NCBI GenBank assembly: GCA_964527715.1
Contig: CAZGOD010000005.1
Location: 22,793-86,792, forward strand
Direction of reading: 5' to 3'
DNA: 64,000 bases
Source of the DNA: an uncultured Thermoplasmatales archaeon
GTDB taxonomy: Archaea; Thermoplasmatota; E2; DHVEG-1
This document shows, in pieces, positions 9,846-19,202 of this stretch (positions within the stretch are counted from its first letter, which is position 1; each line of letters starts with the position of its first letter). A model generated the notes under the pieces. The model ran no database searches and was not told where the DNA came from. It saw nothing but the letters and a program-made list of their open reading frames with translations. A program made the position numbers and the translations under genes.

Positions 9846-10158
9846 GTTTTTCTACCCATTTATTATTTATAGTTGCATGTTTTATTTATAACTAATGTTA
9901 TTATTGATACAACTTCTGGCTATATTAGTTATCATAGCTCTTATACTGTTATAAAGGCTAAATTTCCGCATTTATAGTTATTATTATCACATTTTATTAC
10001 TATTTTAAAATAATCTGAAGAAGTTATTATGCATAATCCGTAATAATAATAATGATTTAATCTCAACTCAGAACAAACAACAGATAAAAACCGCCTAAAC
10101 TACAATGTTACTATTATGTAATAATTACTACTAACAAAATAATTAATTTATATAAAAT

Positions 10159-11577
10159 TTACATTTCTATTTTTGAAGTAGTTAGATAACTTACTATAAT
10201 AAGTACAATAATAGCGATAGCTATTCCCCATATCGCTGATAGAAAACCATAACCCAGTAATAATTCAAATTGGAATAAAAACACAGAGATTTCACCAACT
10301 ATTATGCTAGCTATACAGCCATATTTTGTAGCTCTTTTCCAATAAAGAGCCGCAATCGCAGTGGGGCATAATACTGCTAGACCTGAAAACGTTGTTGAAA
10401 CAAGTGTTCCCATTATTCCGACCTTTGGATCATATCCGCCGATTACGAATAATATTGCAAACAATGAGAGTATAATAATCAAAATCTTACCAAATAATAT
10501 CTCACTAACACGCTTCTTTTTTACTGGAATGTCTCTTGAAAGCATAGTTGAAAGTGAAAGAAGCTGAGAATCAGCAGTACTCATTAAAGCAGCAAGCGCT
10601 CCGACCATTACAAACGCGAAAACAAAGGAGGGGGTATAGGTTGCTACCATCATAGGTAGAACCATATCCTCCGATCCAGCAGCAATTTCAAGACCCGTTC
10701 CATGTGCCCAAACACCGATGAGAACCGGGAATAAAAACAGAAACGATACAACTACAGGGTAAAGGATCATGGCCCTTTTCAAAGATTTCTCATCTTTTGC
10801 TGTGTAAAACCTTGAAAAAACCTGGGGAAACATTGGATCAGCGAATATCCAGAGTAACATAAATGAGAACCACATCTGCGGCATGAAAAAATCACCACCA
10901 CCGGGGCGAGTAAAAAGCTCTGGTTTAGCAGCATACGTGGCTGTATTTGCTGCTTCAAAACCACCAAGTTCAACTGCTATAAACACAACCGCGAGGGTCA
11001 TAGCAATTATCATTATCAAACCCTGGACGACATCGGTCCATCCAGATCCTCTCATACCACCTGATAAAACATAGACCATGATCACTATCATAGTAATTAT
11101 TGCCCCTATCTGCCAGGTGATCTCTGGCACCATATAATTGATTAGTAAACCTGCCCCAATCGCCTGAGTTGCTAAATATGGAATGGTAAAAATAACCATA
11201 ACAAACATGAATATCAGGCGAAGGCTAACACTGTTGAATCTATCACCTATGAGCTCTGGAGGTGTTATGTAGCCTTTTTTTCTCCCGAGTTTCCATACTT
11301 TTCTACCGATGATGTAGAACATTATGGCCATTATAGCGGTTCCAAAACCCATTATCCCATATTGCCCAAAACCACTTGAGTAGGCTTTACCTGCAAATCC
11401 TAGAAACGTAAATGCAGAGAAATTTGTAGCTGCTAAAGTAAAAAACAATATGAGCGGGCCAAATGTTCTATTAGCTAGAAAATAGTCCTCAGGGGTCTTT
11501 TTAGTTCTTTTATGGGCAAATATTCCTAGGGCGATGAGAAAAATAAAATAAATAACAACAAGCCCTATGAATATCAC
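10159..11577 (-). CDS. Sodium:solute symporter (SSS family, PutP/PanF-like).
   Basis: About 13 TM helices. The N-terminal region (DYFLANRTFGP...FTLAATNFSAFTFLGFAG) is typical of the SSS family. Confidence 0.85.
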   Translation of the reverse strand: MIFIGLVVIYFIFLIALGIFAHKRTKKTPEDYFLANRTFGPLILFFTLAATNFSAFTFLGFAGKAYSSGFGQYGIMGFGTAIMAIMFYIIGRKVWKLGRKKGYITPPELIGDRFNSVSLRLIFMFVMVIFTIPYLATQAIGAGLLINYMVPEITWQIGAIITMIVIMVYVLSGGMRGSGWTDVVQGLIMIIAMTLAVVFIAVELGGFEAANTATYAAKPELFTRPGGGDFFMPQMWFSFMLLWIFADPMFPQVFSRFYTAKDEKSLKRAMILYPVVVSFLFLFPVLIGVWAHGTGLEIAAGSEDMVLPMMVATYTPSFVFAFVMVGALAALMSTADSQLLSLSTMLSRDIPVKKKRVSEILFGKILIIILSLFAILFVIGGYDPKVGIMGTLVSTTFSGLAVLCPTAIAALYWKRATKYGCIASIIVGEISVFLFQFELLLGYGFLSAIWGIAIAIIVLIIVSYLTTSKIEM

Positions 11578-11795
11578 TTTTTATCCTCCCAATAATTTTT
11601 TGAAAACACATAGAAAACAAGTGAGGTGAATAATGTTAGAAACAACGAGTAGTACATCCAGAGAGGCAGCCCAAGGAACATTGGATGTGATTGTTCCCAA
11701 CCCCAGAAATCTAGGGATATAATGAATAGTACAATGAAGAGGATGTACCAGATGATATTTTTCTTATTTGGAAACCAGAATGGTATTTTTTTCAA
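11574..11795 (-). CDS. Small two-TM membrane protein, DUF3311-like partner of the SSS symporter. ATGA start/stop overlap with the downstream symporter gene.
   Basis: 73 aa. Genes of this kind (DUF3311/YhdT-type) classically sit immediately upstream of SSS transporters. The 4-nt overlap indicates translational coupling. Confidence 0.55.
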   Translation of the reverse strand: MKKIPFWFPNKKNIIWYILFIVLFIISLDFWGWEQSHPMFLGLPLWMYYSLFLTLFTSLVFYVFSKNYWEDKK

Positions 11796-11931
11796 ACTAT
11801 CATTTCCCTAGTTAAATTATCTTTTCTGTTTCCTGGTTTTACGGGCTGGAAACAGCAAAAAAACAATGCCCTTAATGATATTCCAAATTGGCATTAATTA
11901 CGAAAGTGTATTTAAAATTTTTAGTTTATTT

Positions 11932-12747
11932 CTATGTTACTTCTATATCACGATGCTCAAAATAAAGCATAGATATAATTAAGCAAACAGTGGTAACAGC
12001 TATTAGAACAATAACTCCAGAAATGTCAACCTTTCCAAATTTTAATGAATCATATGGATTAAAATAGTGAGTTATTGAAACATAACCTATGCCTTCATAA
12101 TCGGGTACAATTTTAGAAATTGATTCAAGTACATACATGCCCATAAGTAATGCAATGAAGAAAATGCTAGCCTTCATTTTTTCATCGATTATTACGGAGA
12201 TAAGTAGCCCTATACCAATTACTGCAAGTAAATAAGGGATTGATGCTAAATGAGTTAAAAATAAATAATAAAGATTCAAGTCTTCTCCAATCGCGACAGT
12301 GGTACCTATAACTGTTAACATCGTTGCAAAGTTAATAATTAATATTAGAGGAATTAATCCAATAAATTTTTCAAATACAATCTGTTTTCTTGAAACAGGG
12401 TTTGACATCAGTAAATCAATTGTTTTTCCTTCAATTTCTTTAGATATCTGAGATGCTGCAATAAAACCGAGTAAAATTCCTAAAATAACAACCCAAAATA
12501 TTTGATAGAGCTCCAGATTTATAAAACCAACATAAGTGGCCATATCAGCCGCAGCTGGGCCAAAAAATGGTTCAAATGGTTCTGCTCCACCTGTTGCTAT
12601 CATATCTTCTAATACGCCCTTAAAAGATGGAAACATTCCACAATACATTGCTGCCATTCCCATGAAAAGAAGAGTTATAATAATTGTAATTTTTTTATTA
12701 TCTTTCATTGTTTGAAAAGCAATTCTTAAACGAAATATATCATTCAT
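11932..12747 (-). CDS. ABC-2 type transporter permease.
   Basis: 6 predicted TM helices. Overlaps the upstream ABC ATPase gene by 4 nt. Confidence 0.7.
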   Translation of the reverse strand: MNDIFRLRIAFQTMKDNKKITIIITLLFMGMAAMYCGMFPSFKGVLEDMIATGGAEPFEPFFGPAAADMATYVGFINLELYQIFWVVILGILLGFIAASQISKEIEGKTIDLLMSNPVSRKQIVFEKFIGLIPLILIINFATMLTVIGTTVAIGEDLNLYYLFLTHLASIPYLLAVIGIGLLISVIIDEKMKASIFFIALLMGMYVLESISKIVPDYEGIGYVSITHYFNPYDSLKFGKVDISGVIVLIAVTTVCLIISMLYFEHRDIEVT

Positions 12748-13613
12748 GTTTGTCCCTCATAATAATGGATAAAAATATCTTCTAATGCAAAGTCATTGAT
12801 TTCTAAGTCTAAGATTGTATATTTTGATAGTTTCTTGATTAATTGGTCAATATTATTTGTAACAACAAACTCTATCCAACCATCTTTGATTTTAATGTCC
12901 TTTGGTCCTTTGAATGTTTCAGGTTTTCCTTTGATTTTTAAGCGGATTTTTTTCCCCCGTTTATGTTTTAAAGTTTCAACATCTTCAAGAGCTACTAGTT
13001 CCCCGTTTCGTATTATACCTACACGGTCACAGATTTTATCAACCTCACTTAAAATATGTGAGGAGAAAAGCATAGTTTTACCTTTTTTCTTTTGTTTTAA
13101 TATGAAGTCATAGAATTTCTGTTGTAAAAGCGGGTCTAAACCAGCGGTTGGTTCATCCATAATTACCATCTCAGGATCATCCATAAAAGCTTGTATAATC
13201 CCTAGTTTTTGTTTCATCCCCTTAGAGTATCCTTTGACTTTTCTTTCTAGTGGAACCTTGAATATTTTTAGTAGTTCATCAAGTAATGTCATCTCACGGC
13301 TTCTAAGTGCAGCGAAGTAATCCAGGAACTGTTTACCTGTTAGATGACCATATATGTTCAGGTCACCTGGGATGTATGCGACTTCTCGTTTGATTTCTAC
13401 GATATCTTCTTCAATGTTTTTTCCAAAAATAGTAGCACTACCACGCGTTGGCTGGAGGTATCCAAGAAGTGTTCTGATTGTAGTAGTTTTACCCGCTCCA
13501 TTGGGTCCAAGGAATCCAAAAACTTCTCCTTTTTTCACTGTAAAACTAAGGTTTTCTACTCCCTTGATTTCTCCATAATACTTGGTTAAATTTTTAGTAA
13601 TTATAACATCCAC
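12744..13613 (-). CDS. ABC transporter ATP-binding protein (ABC-2 exporter type).
   Basis: Walker A GPNGAGKTT, signature-like YSKGMKQKLGI, Walker B IMDEPTAGLD, H-loop SSHIL. Confidence 0.9.
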   Translation of the reverse strand: MDVIITKNLTKYYGEIKGVENLSFTVKKGEVFGFLGPNGAGKTTTIRTLLGYLQPTRGSATIFGKNIEEDIVEIKREVAYIPGDLNIYGHLTGKQFLDYFAALRSREMTLLDELLKIFKVPLERKVKGYSKGMKQKLGIIQAFMDDPEMVIMDEPTAGLDPLLQQKFYDFILKQKKKGKTMLFSSHILSEVDKICDRVGIIRNGELVALEDVETLKHKRGKKIRLKIKGKPETFKGPKDIKIKDGWIEFVVTNNIDQLIKKLSKYTILDLEINDFALEDIFIHYYEGQT

Positions 13614-13675
13614 AAGGCATCCACGCTAAAAGTAACAAAAAAGTTTATTTAAATATATTGAAAATAGTTTTAGAG

Positions 13676-14047
13676 TTAAGCTGCGATCATTTCGTTAATG
13701 TTCGTTATTAACTCGCTAACATCAAAAGGTTTGGTGATGTAATCACGTATGTAGGATTCAACTCCTCTCATTTTTTCGTGATCCTGTGTGCCTTTTGCTG
13801 TTAGTATTGATATTGCAACGTTTTTTGCTAGTCCTTTATCGATTATTTCTTTTATTGTATCCCATCCATCCATAAAGGGCATCATTATATCCATTAGTAT
13901 TATGCCTTTGAAGCCATTCTCTAGTTCTTTGATACAATCTTTTCCACTGTCAACAGTGAAAACCTCGTAGCCTTCTTTTTCAAAAATTCTTCTTATAACT
14001 ATTAATACATCAGGGTCATCATCTACGATCATGAGTTTTTTTTCCAT
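13676..14047 (-). CDS. Stand-alone response regulator receiver (CheY-like REC) protein.
   Basis: MIVDDDPD acidic pocket, phospho-acceptor Asp in ILMDIMMP, conserved T (LTAKG) and K-P (KPF). Confidence 0.85.
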   Translation of the reverse strand: MEKKLMIVDDDPDVLIVIRRIFEKEGYEVFTVDSGKDCIKELENGFKGIILMDIMMPFMDGWDTIKEIIDKGLAKNVAISILTAKGTQDHEKMRGVESYIRDYITKPFDVSELITNINEMIAA

Positions 14048-14159
14048 TCTTCCTCTCTCCTTCTCCTTTATAAGAGTTAAAATGCGAATGTTAACATGTT
14101 ATACTTTGAAGTGCTTTATATATAAAGATATCGTGTGATTTTTGCAAATTGAAAAAATA

Positions 14160-14912
14160 CTACTTTAGAATCATCTTATATAATATATTGCTAAGTTCGC
14201 CAATTTGCTCAGGAGAAAGCGCCTCAACTCTATTATTTAAAAAAGGAACATCAACGAAATCATTTTTATACAAAAGTTCCAGAGTGTTCTTTATTTTTTT
14301 ACGTCTATGATTAAATAATTCCCTTGTTAAATCAAAAAAGAATTTCTCATTCAAAACCTTGAAAGGGGCTTCCTGCCTAGGAGTCAACTTGATCATGGAC
14401 GAGTCAACTTTTGGCTGCGGATGGAAATAAGTTTTAGGAACTGTATCAATGATTTCACAACAGGCTTTATAATATACACCTACAGAGAGACGGGAATAAT
14501 CCTTGTTTCCAGGTGTTGCGATCATTCTAGATGCAAATTCTTTCTGGTAAATAAGTACAGCAAGGTCAAAATCATAATCTAGTATTTTGAATGTAACTGG
14601 GGATGATATTTGAAAGGGTAGATTTGAAACAATTTTGTTAAAACGTGGTAGAGTTTCAAAATCAATTTTTAATATATTGTTATGTAATAGTTCTACGTTA
14701 TCTGGTAAAAATTTTTTGAGATTTTTTACAAGTTTTTTGTCTATTTCAACTGCGATTACTTTTTTTGCTCTCCTTGCTAAAAGATTTGTTAGAATACCGT
14801 TACCGGGTCCTATCTCCAATACTATGTCATCCTTGGTAATATTTGCATGTTCTATTTCTCTCTCAGCTATTTTTTTATCAACTAAGAAATTTTGACCAAG
14901 TTTATTTTTCAT
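14160..14912 (-). CDS. ksgA: 16S rRNA (adenine1518/1519-N6)-dimethyltransferase KsgA/Dim1.
   Basis: N-terminus LGQNFLVD, SAM motif LEIGPGNGILT, motif IV VSNLPFQIS. Confidence 0.9.
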   Translation of the reverse strand: MKNKLGQNFLVDKKIAEREIEHANITKDDIVLEIGPGNGILTNLLARRAKKVIAVEIDKKLVKNLKKFLPDNVELLHNNILKIDFETLPRFNKIVSNLPFQISSPVTFKILDYDFDLAVLIYQKEFASRMIATPGNKDYSRLSVGVYYKACCEIIDTVPKTYFHPQPKVDSSMIKLTPRQEAPFKVLNEKFFFDLTRELFNHRRKKIKNTLELLYKNDFVDVPFLNNRVEALSPEQIGELSNILYKMILK

Positions 14913-14916
14913 AGTA

Positions 14917-15510
14917 CTAATAATGATGACCCTTTGAGACCGGGGGTCGAGTGAAAAGACGATATTTCTGATTAGGATCAGTGAGTTCCAGTTCTATTCT
15001 TTTCGCGATAAGTTTATCAGGTGCACGTAGGAAATCTATACGTTCACACATTTCATTAAAACTACTAAATGGTTTTTTCCTACGTTCCTCAAGGATATCA
15101 TGCATCATTTTTTTACCAAGACCCGGGAGAAGCTCTAGTACGTGAAAACGAGTAGATATCGCAGGTGAATCATTATAGAACTTGATGAAACGATCCTCAT
15201 TATCTTTTACTACGTCAAGTAGGACATAGGGCATCTCGCCATGTGCTGTGGAGGTCATATCCTCATAGTTAATTCTACCTTTGATTTTCGCAATTTTTTG
15301 TCTTTTATCAGCATCCTTTCCAACATATATTTTTTCACCAATGGTAAAGGATGATTCCTTTTTGGGGACTAGTTCAAGTAATGTAAACTGACTCTCACCT
15401 ACCGCATAGACCAGTGATTGTCTCTTATGAGGGGGTAAGTCTCCTCTACCCTTGGCTAGGTAATCTAAAACATATACATAGTCCTCCATTTTTTTAGACC
15501 TCCCGCTCAT
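14917..15510 (-). CDS. DUF655 family protein, the conserved archaeal neighbour of rpoF and ksgA.
   Basis: N-terminus EDYVYVLDYL..GR and a C-terminal helix-hairpin-helix-like region. The position between rpoF and ksgA matches the conserved archaeal cluster. Confidence 0.65.
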   Translation of the reverse strand: MSGRSKKMEDYVYVLDYLAKGRGDLPPHKRQSLVYAVGESQFTLLELVPKKESSFTIGEKIYVGKDADKRQKIAKIKGRINYEDMTSTAHGEMPYVLLDVVKDNEDRFIKFYNDSPAISTRFHVLELLPGLGKKMMHDILEERRKKPFSSFNEMCERIDFLRAPDKLIAKRIELELTDPNQKYRLFTRPPVSKGHHY

Positions 15511-15849
15511 CTACTCTATATTATATTTACTTACTATTTCTAATATTTTTCTTATATCAGTTTCACCTATTGTGATTCTCTCCTTCGCTAGGATGGTTTT
15601 GATGTCATCCTCGGTTTTTGGGAGTATATCAGCTATTTTATACACGTGATTTTCATTTAGGATTTCAAGTTTTTTTAACTCATTTATTAGATCATTTGTT
15701 TTTTTAACATTGAGTTTTGCAAATTTCTGAGCATGCTCTAGCGCAATTTTTTGTTCGTATAGCATTTCTTCTCGTTCTTTGCTAATTTTTTTTAGAATGT
15801 TTTTTACTTCTGCTAGTGAAACAGGTTTTAGTTCTTCTTCAGGGCTCAA
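15511..15849 (-). CDS. rpoF: DNA-directed RNA polymerase subunit F (Rpo4/Rpb4 homolog).
   Basis: 112 aa, helical, typical size and composition. The position immediately downstream of rpl21e, with only 1 nt between genes, is as in most archaea. Confidence 0.75.
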   Translation of the reverse strand: MSPEEELKPVSLAEVKNILKKISKEREEMLYEQKIALEHAQKFAKLNVKKTNDLINELKKLEILNENHVYKIADILPKTEDDIKTILAKERITIGETDIRKILEIVSKYNIE

Positions 15850-15850
15850 T

Positions 15851-16144
15851 TTATTGCACTCTCCTTAAATGCTCAGATCTAATTATCAATGTTTTATGTT
15901 TTTTACCATCGTTTATTCCAACTAGGTATGATTCTCCTTGTTTCCCTTCGATTTTACCTGTGTAACCCTGGAATCTTATATGTGGCATGCCTTTGTGAAC
16001 TGCAGAGTCTATAACGATGTTTACTGAGTCTCCTTGTTCAAATTGTTGCAATGCTCTTGTAATCGATTTTATACCTCTGTCTCTTGGTCTTTTTCTTAGT
16101 ATGTTTCTGCTTTTGCTTCTAATACCTTTTGATCGTTTAACCAA
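15851..16144 (-). CDS. rpl21e: 50S ribosomal protein L21e.
   Basis: MVKRSKGIRSKSRNILRKRPRDRG N-terminus, 97 aa, basic. Confidence 0.9.
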   Translation of the reverse strand: MVKRSKGIRSKSRNILRKRPRDRGIKSITRALQQFEQGDSVNIVIDSAVHKGMPHIRFQGYTGKIEGKQGESYLVGINDGKKHKTLIIRSEHLRRVQ

Positions 16145-16147
16145 TTT

Positions 16148-17377
16148 TTATTCCCCCTTGATTTCTATCACGTCTAGTTGTGTAACGTTACAGGGAACAC
16201 CGATTAGTTCACTAATGCTCGGTTTTGTTTTTCCATTGTCACCAGATACCAGTTCCTTTATGTAGGTGCCTGATTCTGTTTCTAAAGTCAATGTTGATAT
16301 ATTGCCATCTATCTTTTCAACATTACAGTTGTATACATACTTAGGTCTAATCAAATCAGCTCGTCTATGAGCCACCCTAGATGGTGTAGATTGACTTATC
16401 TTTTTACCTCGTAATGACTGAGCAGCCTTTATAAGTTTTTCGTATTTTACAGGTTTTTCGCATTTAAAAATAACCCGGTAGATTTTCTTTAGTTTGGCGC
16501 CTTTAATTCTTGCTACTTCGTCTCTATCGGAAAAACGAAGATCATTGACCTCGATTACATTCTTGTTTTTTTTGTTAATAGCTGATTCGATCTTAGTTAA
16601 ACCAATGGTTCTAACCTTTGGGTTGTTGATTTCTAGGATAAATGGGCGTCCGTTTCCAAGCATGCGGACGTCAATGTCTTCTCTACCTGCTCCATGGAAT
16701 GATTCATCATTTCCATGTGTTTCTCTTAAAAATATTTCTGCGACTAACTCTTCGACACTTGTATCATAGATTTTACCAGTGTAATTGCATTTTTTGCAGC
16801 CTTTTCCTCTGCAAATTTTACAGAACCATTTTGTCTGAGGGATTTCTCTACTAAATTTTTTGTAACGCCCATAAATAAAAAGAGCGTGTATCTGCAAGTT
16901 TACAACATCGAAACATGTGTCGACAACTGTCATTATATCTGGTTTTTCAAAATTAACTTCTTTTCTGAGTTTTTCCTCTAGGATTTTTCCAGTTTCTCGG
17001 TTTAGCTCTGTTTTAATGGATTCAGAAAACTCGGAACCTGTATACTCATAAAGTTTTTGTTCTCTTTCTAGTATATCCTCATCAATTTTTGTACCAACAA
17101 GAAAAGTATCAAACTCATAACTTTTTAGGGATTTTGAAATTAAATCTACAAAATGCGGGATTTCCTCTATAAGACCTTCACAGAGCCAGCAATCACATAT
17201 CTCTGTTTTCTTGTTTTTTTTAGTAAGATTTCTAATAGCCTCCCCTCGATCCTGGTTTGTTTTTCCTTTTTCAATTTGTGCAAAAACTCTTCCCAGGCAA
17301 TGATCGCATAGTTTGTATTTTTTTAGGGTTTTTTCTGCTATTTGAATGTTTTTTTTATCTTTCAGACTATTAGTCAT
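16148..17377 (-). CDS. pus10: tRNA pseudouridine(54/55) synthase Pus10.
   Basis: N-terminal zinc ribbon CDHCLGR...CDCWLCEG, a second CxxC...C.KC cluster, and a THUMP plus catalytic domain of the expected length (409 aa). Conserved synteny with rpl21e. Confidence 0.7.
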   Translation of the reverse strand: MTNSLKDKKNIQIAEKTLKKYKLCDHCLGRVFAQIEKGKTNQDRGEAIRNLTKKNKKTEICDCWLCEGLIEEIPHFVDLISKSLKSYEFDTFLVGTKIDEDILEREQKLYEYTGSEFSESIKTELNRETGKILEEKLRKEVNFEKPDIMTVVDTCFDVVNLQIHALFIYGRYKKFSREIPQTKWFCKICRGKGCKKCNYTGKIYDTSVEELVAEIFLRETHGNDESFHGAGREDIDVRMLGNGRPFILEINNPKVRTIGLTKIESAINKKNKNVIEVNDLRFSDRDEVARIKGAKLKKIYRVIFKCEKPVKYEKLIKAAQSLRGKKISQSTPSRVAHRRADLIRPKYVYNCNVEKIDGNISTLTLETESGTYIKELVSGDNGKTKPSISELIGVPCNVTQLDVIEIKGE

Positions 17378-17599
17378 CTGAAGGGCTTAACAAGAAATAG
17401 TATTTTAAATATTAGTATACGAAGATATACTCAATGGGTTTAGCAACTTTTTTAACAAGAAAAATCAATGCTGAAAATAAACCCATGTTTTAAAACCCAT
17501 TTACTTTTTGTGTGGTTTTATAAAAAAACAATTTTTTCATCTTTTTATAATATCTTTTAAACTGTTTGATATTTTTGGCTTTGCACAACGATCTCTGCT

Positions 17600-19027
17600 C
17601 TATCGATGAAGCTCATAAACTTGTTTGTTGACCTCTGCCATCCGTTCAACAAGAACGGTATGCTCTTTGTCATAAGGGTTAACAACACCAGTACTAGTAA
17701 CAACGCCTTCCTTCGCCCTATCAACAAGACTAAACCAATGATGACCTACCATATACGGTTTTTTCAAACAATTACGAGTATACCATTCATAATAATTGGC
17801 TTTGCTCTCTTCTGATGATCTAATTCTCAGAAATATCAAGACGCCTAGAGGATCACTGTTCCATTCAGAGACAATTAATGGTTTACCCGTAATATCATAA
17901 TATCTTTTCATCCAATCATCAAGGGGGACTAGATCTCTAATTAGAATCTGTATTCTCTTAAGAGGATCGTACACCCGCTTGCAATCACGATAATTGTTGA
18001 TGCTTATAACATCACAATATTTTCCGCACTCCTCTATCACACCTTCAGGTGCTCCCCATGGATGAAAACGAACACCGAGAATCAAATGATTAGGATCATA
18101 ACTTCTCAAAATCCCTGTTATATTTTCGAAATATATGTGTGCAACCAACCGAGCAAAATCTTGAATATCTGATTTAACTCTTGGGATAAAATGCTGCGCC
18201 TTCCAACCCACCCTACCAAGTTTTACTACATCATAAAGCTCATCGAAACTCTTCAAATTCATATTCCAAACTCTATTAAATACTTCAATACCATCATCCT
18301 TATATCGACTGATGAGAAACTCAACTGCTTTAAATTTCCCTGGCTGAAGCTTTTCATATGGCACAGACATATAAACTTCTAAAAGAGACTCTGTGGAAAA
18401 ACCCCTAATATTAGGCTCCCAATGTATCTCATTGTCCAACCAATATCCAATCAAATAAGGATCATCTTTTAAACTCTCTGCAACTTCACTTATACCATTC
18501 TGTACAATTTCCCACCAAAAAGGATCAAAAACATCAGGAATATCTTTTTTTACAATTTTGCGCCATTGATCCCTGCCGTCTAACCTAAAAATAAAAGTAT
18601 GAGTATATGGGATAGGATCATCCACAAATAAACTATAATTACTCCAAGCACTCAGTGTGTTAAAACTCCATATCCTAAGTCTATCCCTTGTAACATTAGC
18701 CCACTCCCTATAACTACCATATTTCTTAAGAACATTAGCATCATAAATATAAGAAAATTCTGTTTTAACGACGTTGACTCCAACAGAATAAAACGCATAG
18801 CCATCAGGAGTAACAAACCACCATACGCCGTCGTCATCCTGAGTAACTTCAAAAAATCCGGTACCATCTGTAAGTTTTATATCTAAACAGCCTTGATACT
18901 TAGATGATGATGAAATTTCTACTTGATCTTTTTCAATTGATGCTGATGAAACATTACCTGATATAATAAAAAGCAGTATGGTTAGGATTAAGATTTTTTT
19001 TATAATGCAGACTACTAGGATTCTCAT
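17600..19027 (-). CDS. Secreted protein with a signal peptide. Putative TIM-barrel glycoside hydrolase of clan GH-A. Paralog of the partial gene at 63704..64000.
   Basis: N-terminal signal peptide. A candidate acid/base motif WLDNEIHWEP (NE-P) and a candidate nucleophile motif LIVSEWNS. The family was not identified precisely. Confidence 0.4.
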   Translation of the reverse strand: MRILVVCIIKKILILTILLFIISGNVSSASIEKDQVEISSSSKYQGCLDIKLTDGTGFFEVTQDDDGVWWFVTPDGYAFYSVGVNVVKTEFSYIYDANVLKKYGSYREWANVTRDRLRIWSFNTLSAWSNYSLFVDDPIPYTHTFIFRLDGRDQWRKIVKKDIPDVFDPFWWEIVQNGISEVAESLKDDPYLIGYWLDNEIHWEPNIRGFSTESLLEVYMSVPYEKLQPGKFKAVEFLISRYKDDGIEVFNRVWNMNLKSFDELYDVVKLGRVGWKAQHFIPRVKSDIQDFARLVAHIYFENITGILRSYDPNHLILGVRFHPWGAPEGVIEECGKYCDVISINNYRDCKRVYDPLKRIQILIRDLVPLDDWMKRYYDITGKPLIVSEWNSDPLGVLIFLRIRSSEESKANYYEWYTRNCLKKPYMVGHHWFSLVDRAKEGVVTSTGVVNPYDKEHTVLVERMAEVNKQVYELHR

Positions 19028-19202
19028 AGTATTACTATTTATATTCTATCATTGATATATAATGTTTATGGTCCAATTATTAAATTTGAGATGGTTTTTT
19101 TTGTTTTATAAAGCACTAACACACAATCATAAAAAAGTGTCTAACGCTACCTTTTTAACAAGTAATTATATACAGGGTTAAACCTGGAGAGGCAAAAACA
19201 TT

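Noticed and set aside
9846-10158. 313-nt AT-rich gene-free region checked for CRISPR repeats or small RNAs.
   Set aside because: No direct repeats with regular spacing. It looks like ordinary AT-rich promoter/terminator DNA. No CRISPR array or cas genes anywhere in the window.
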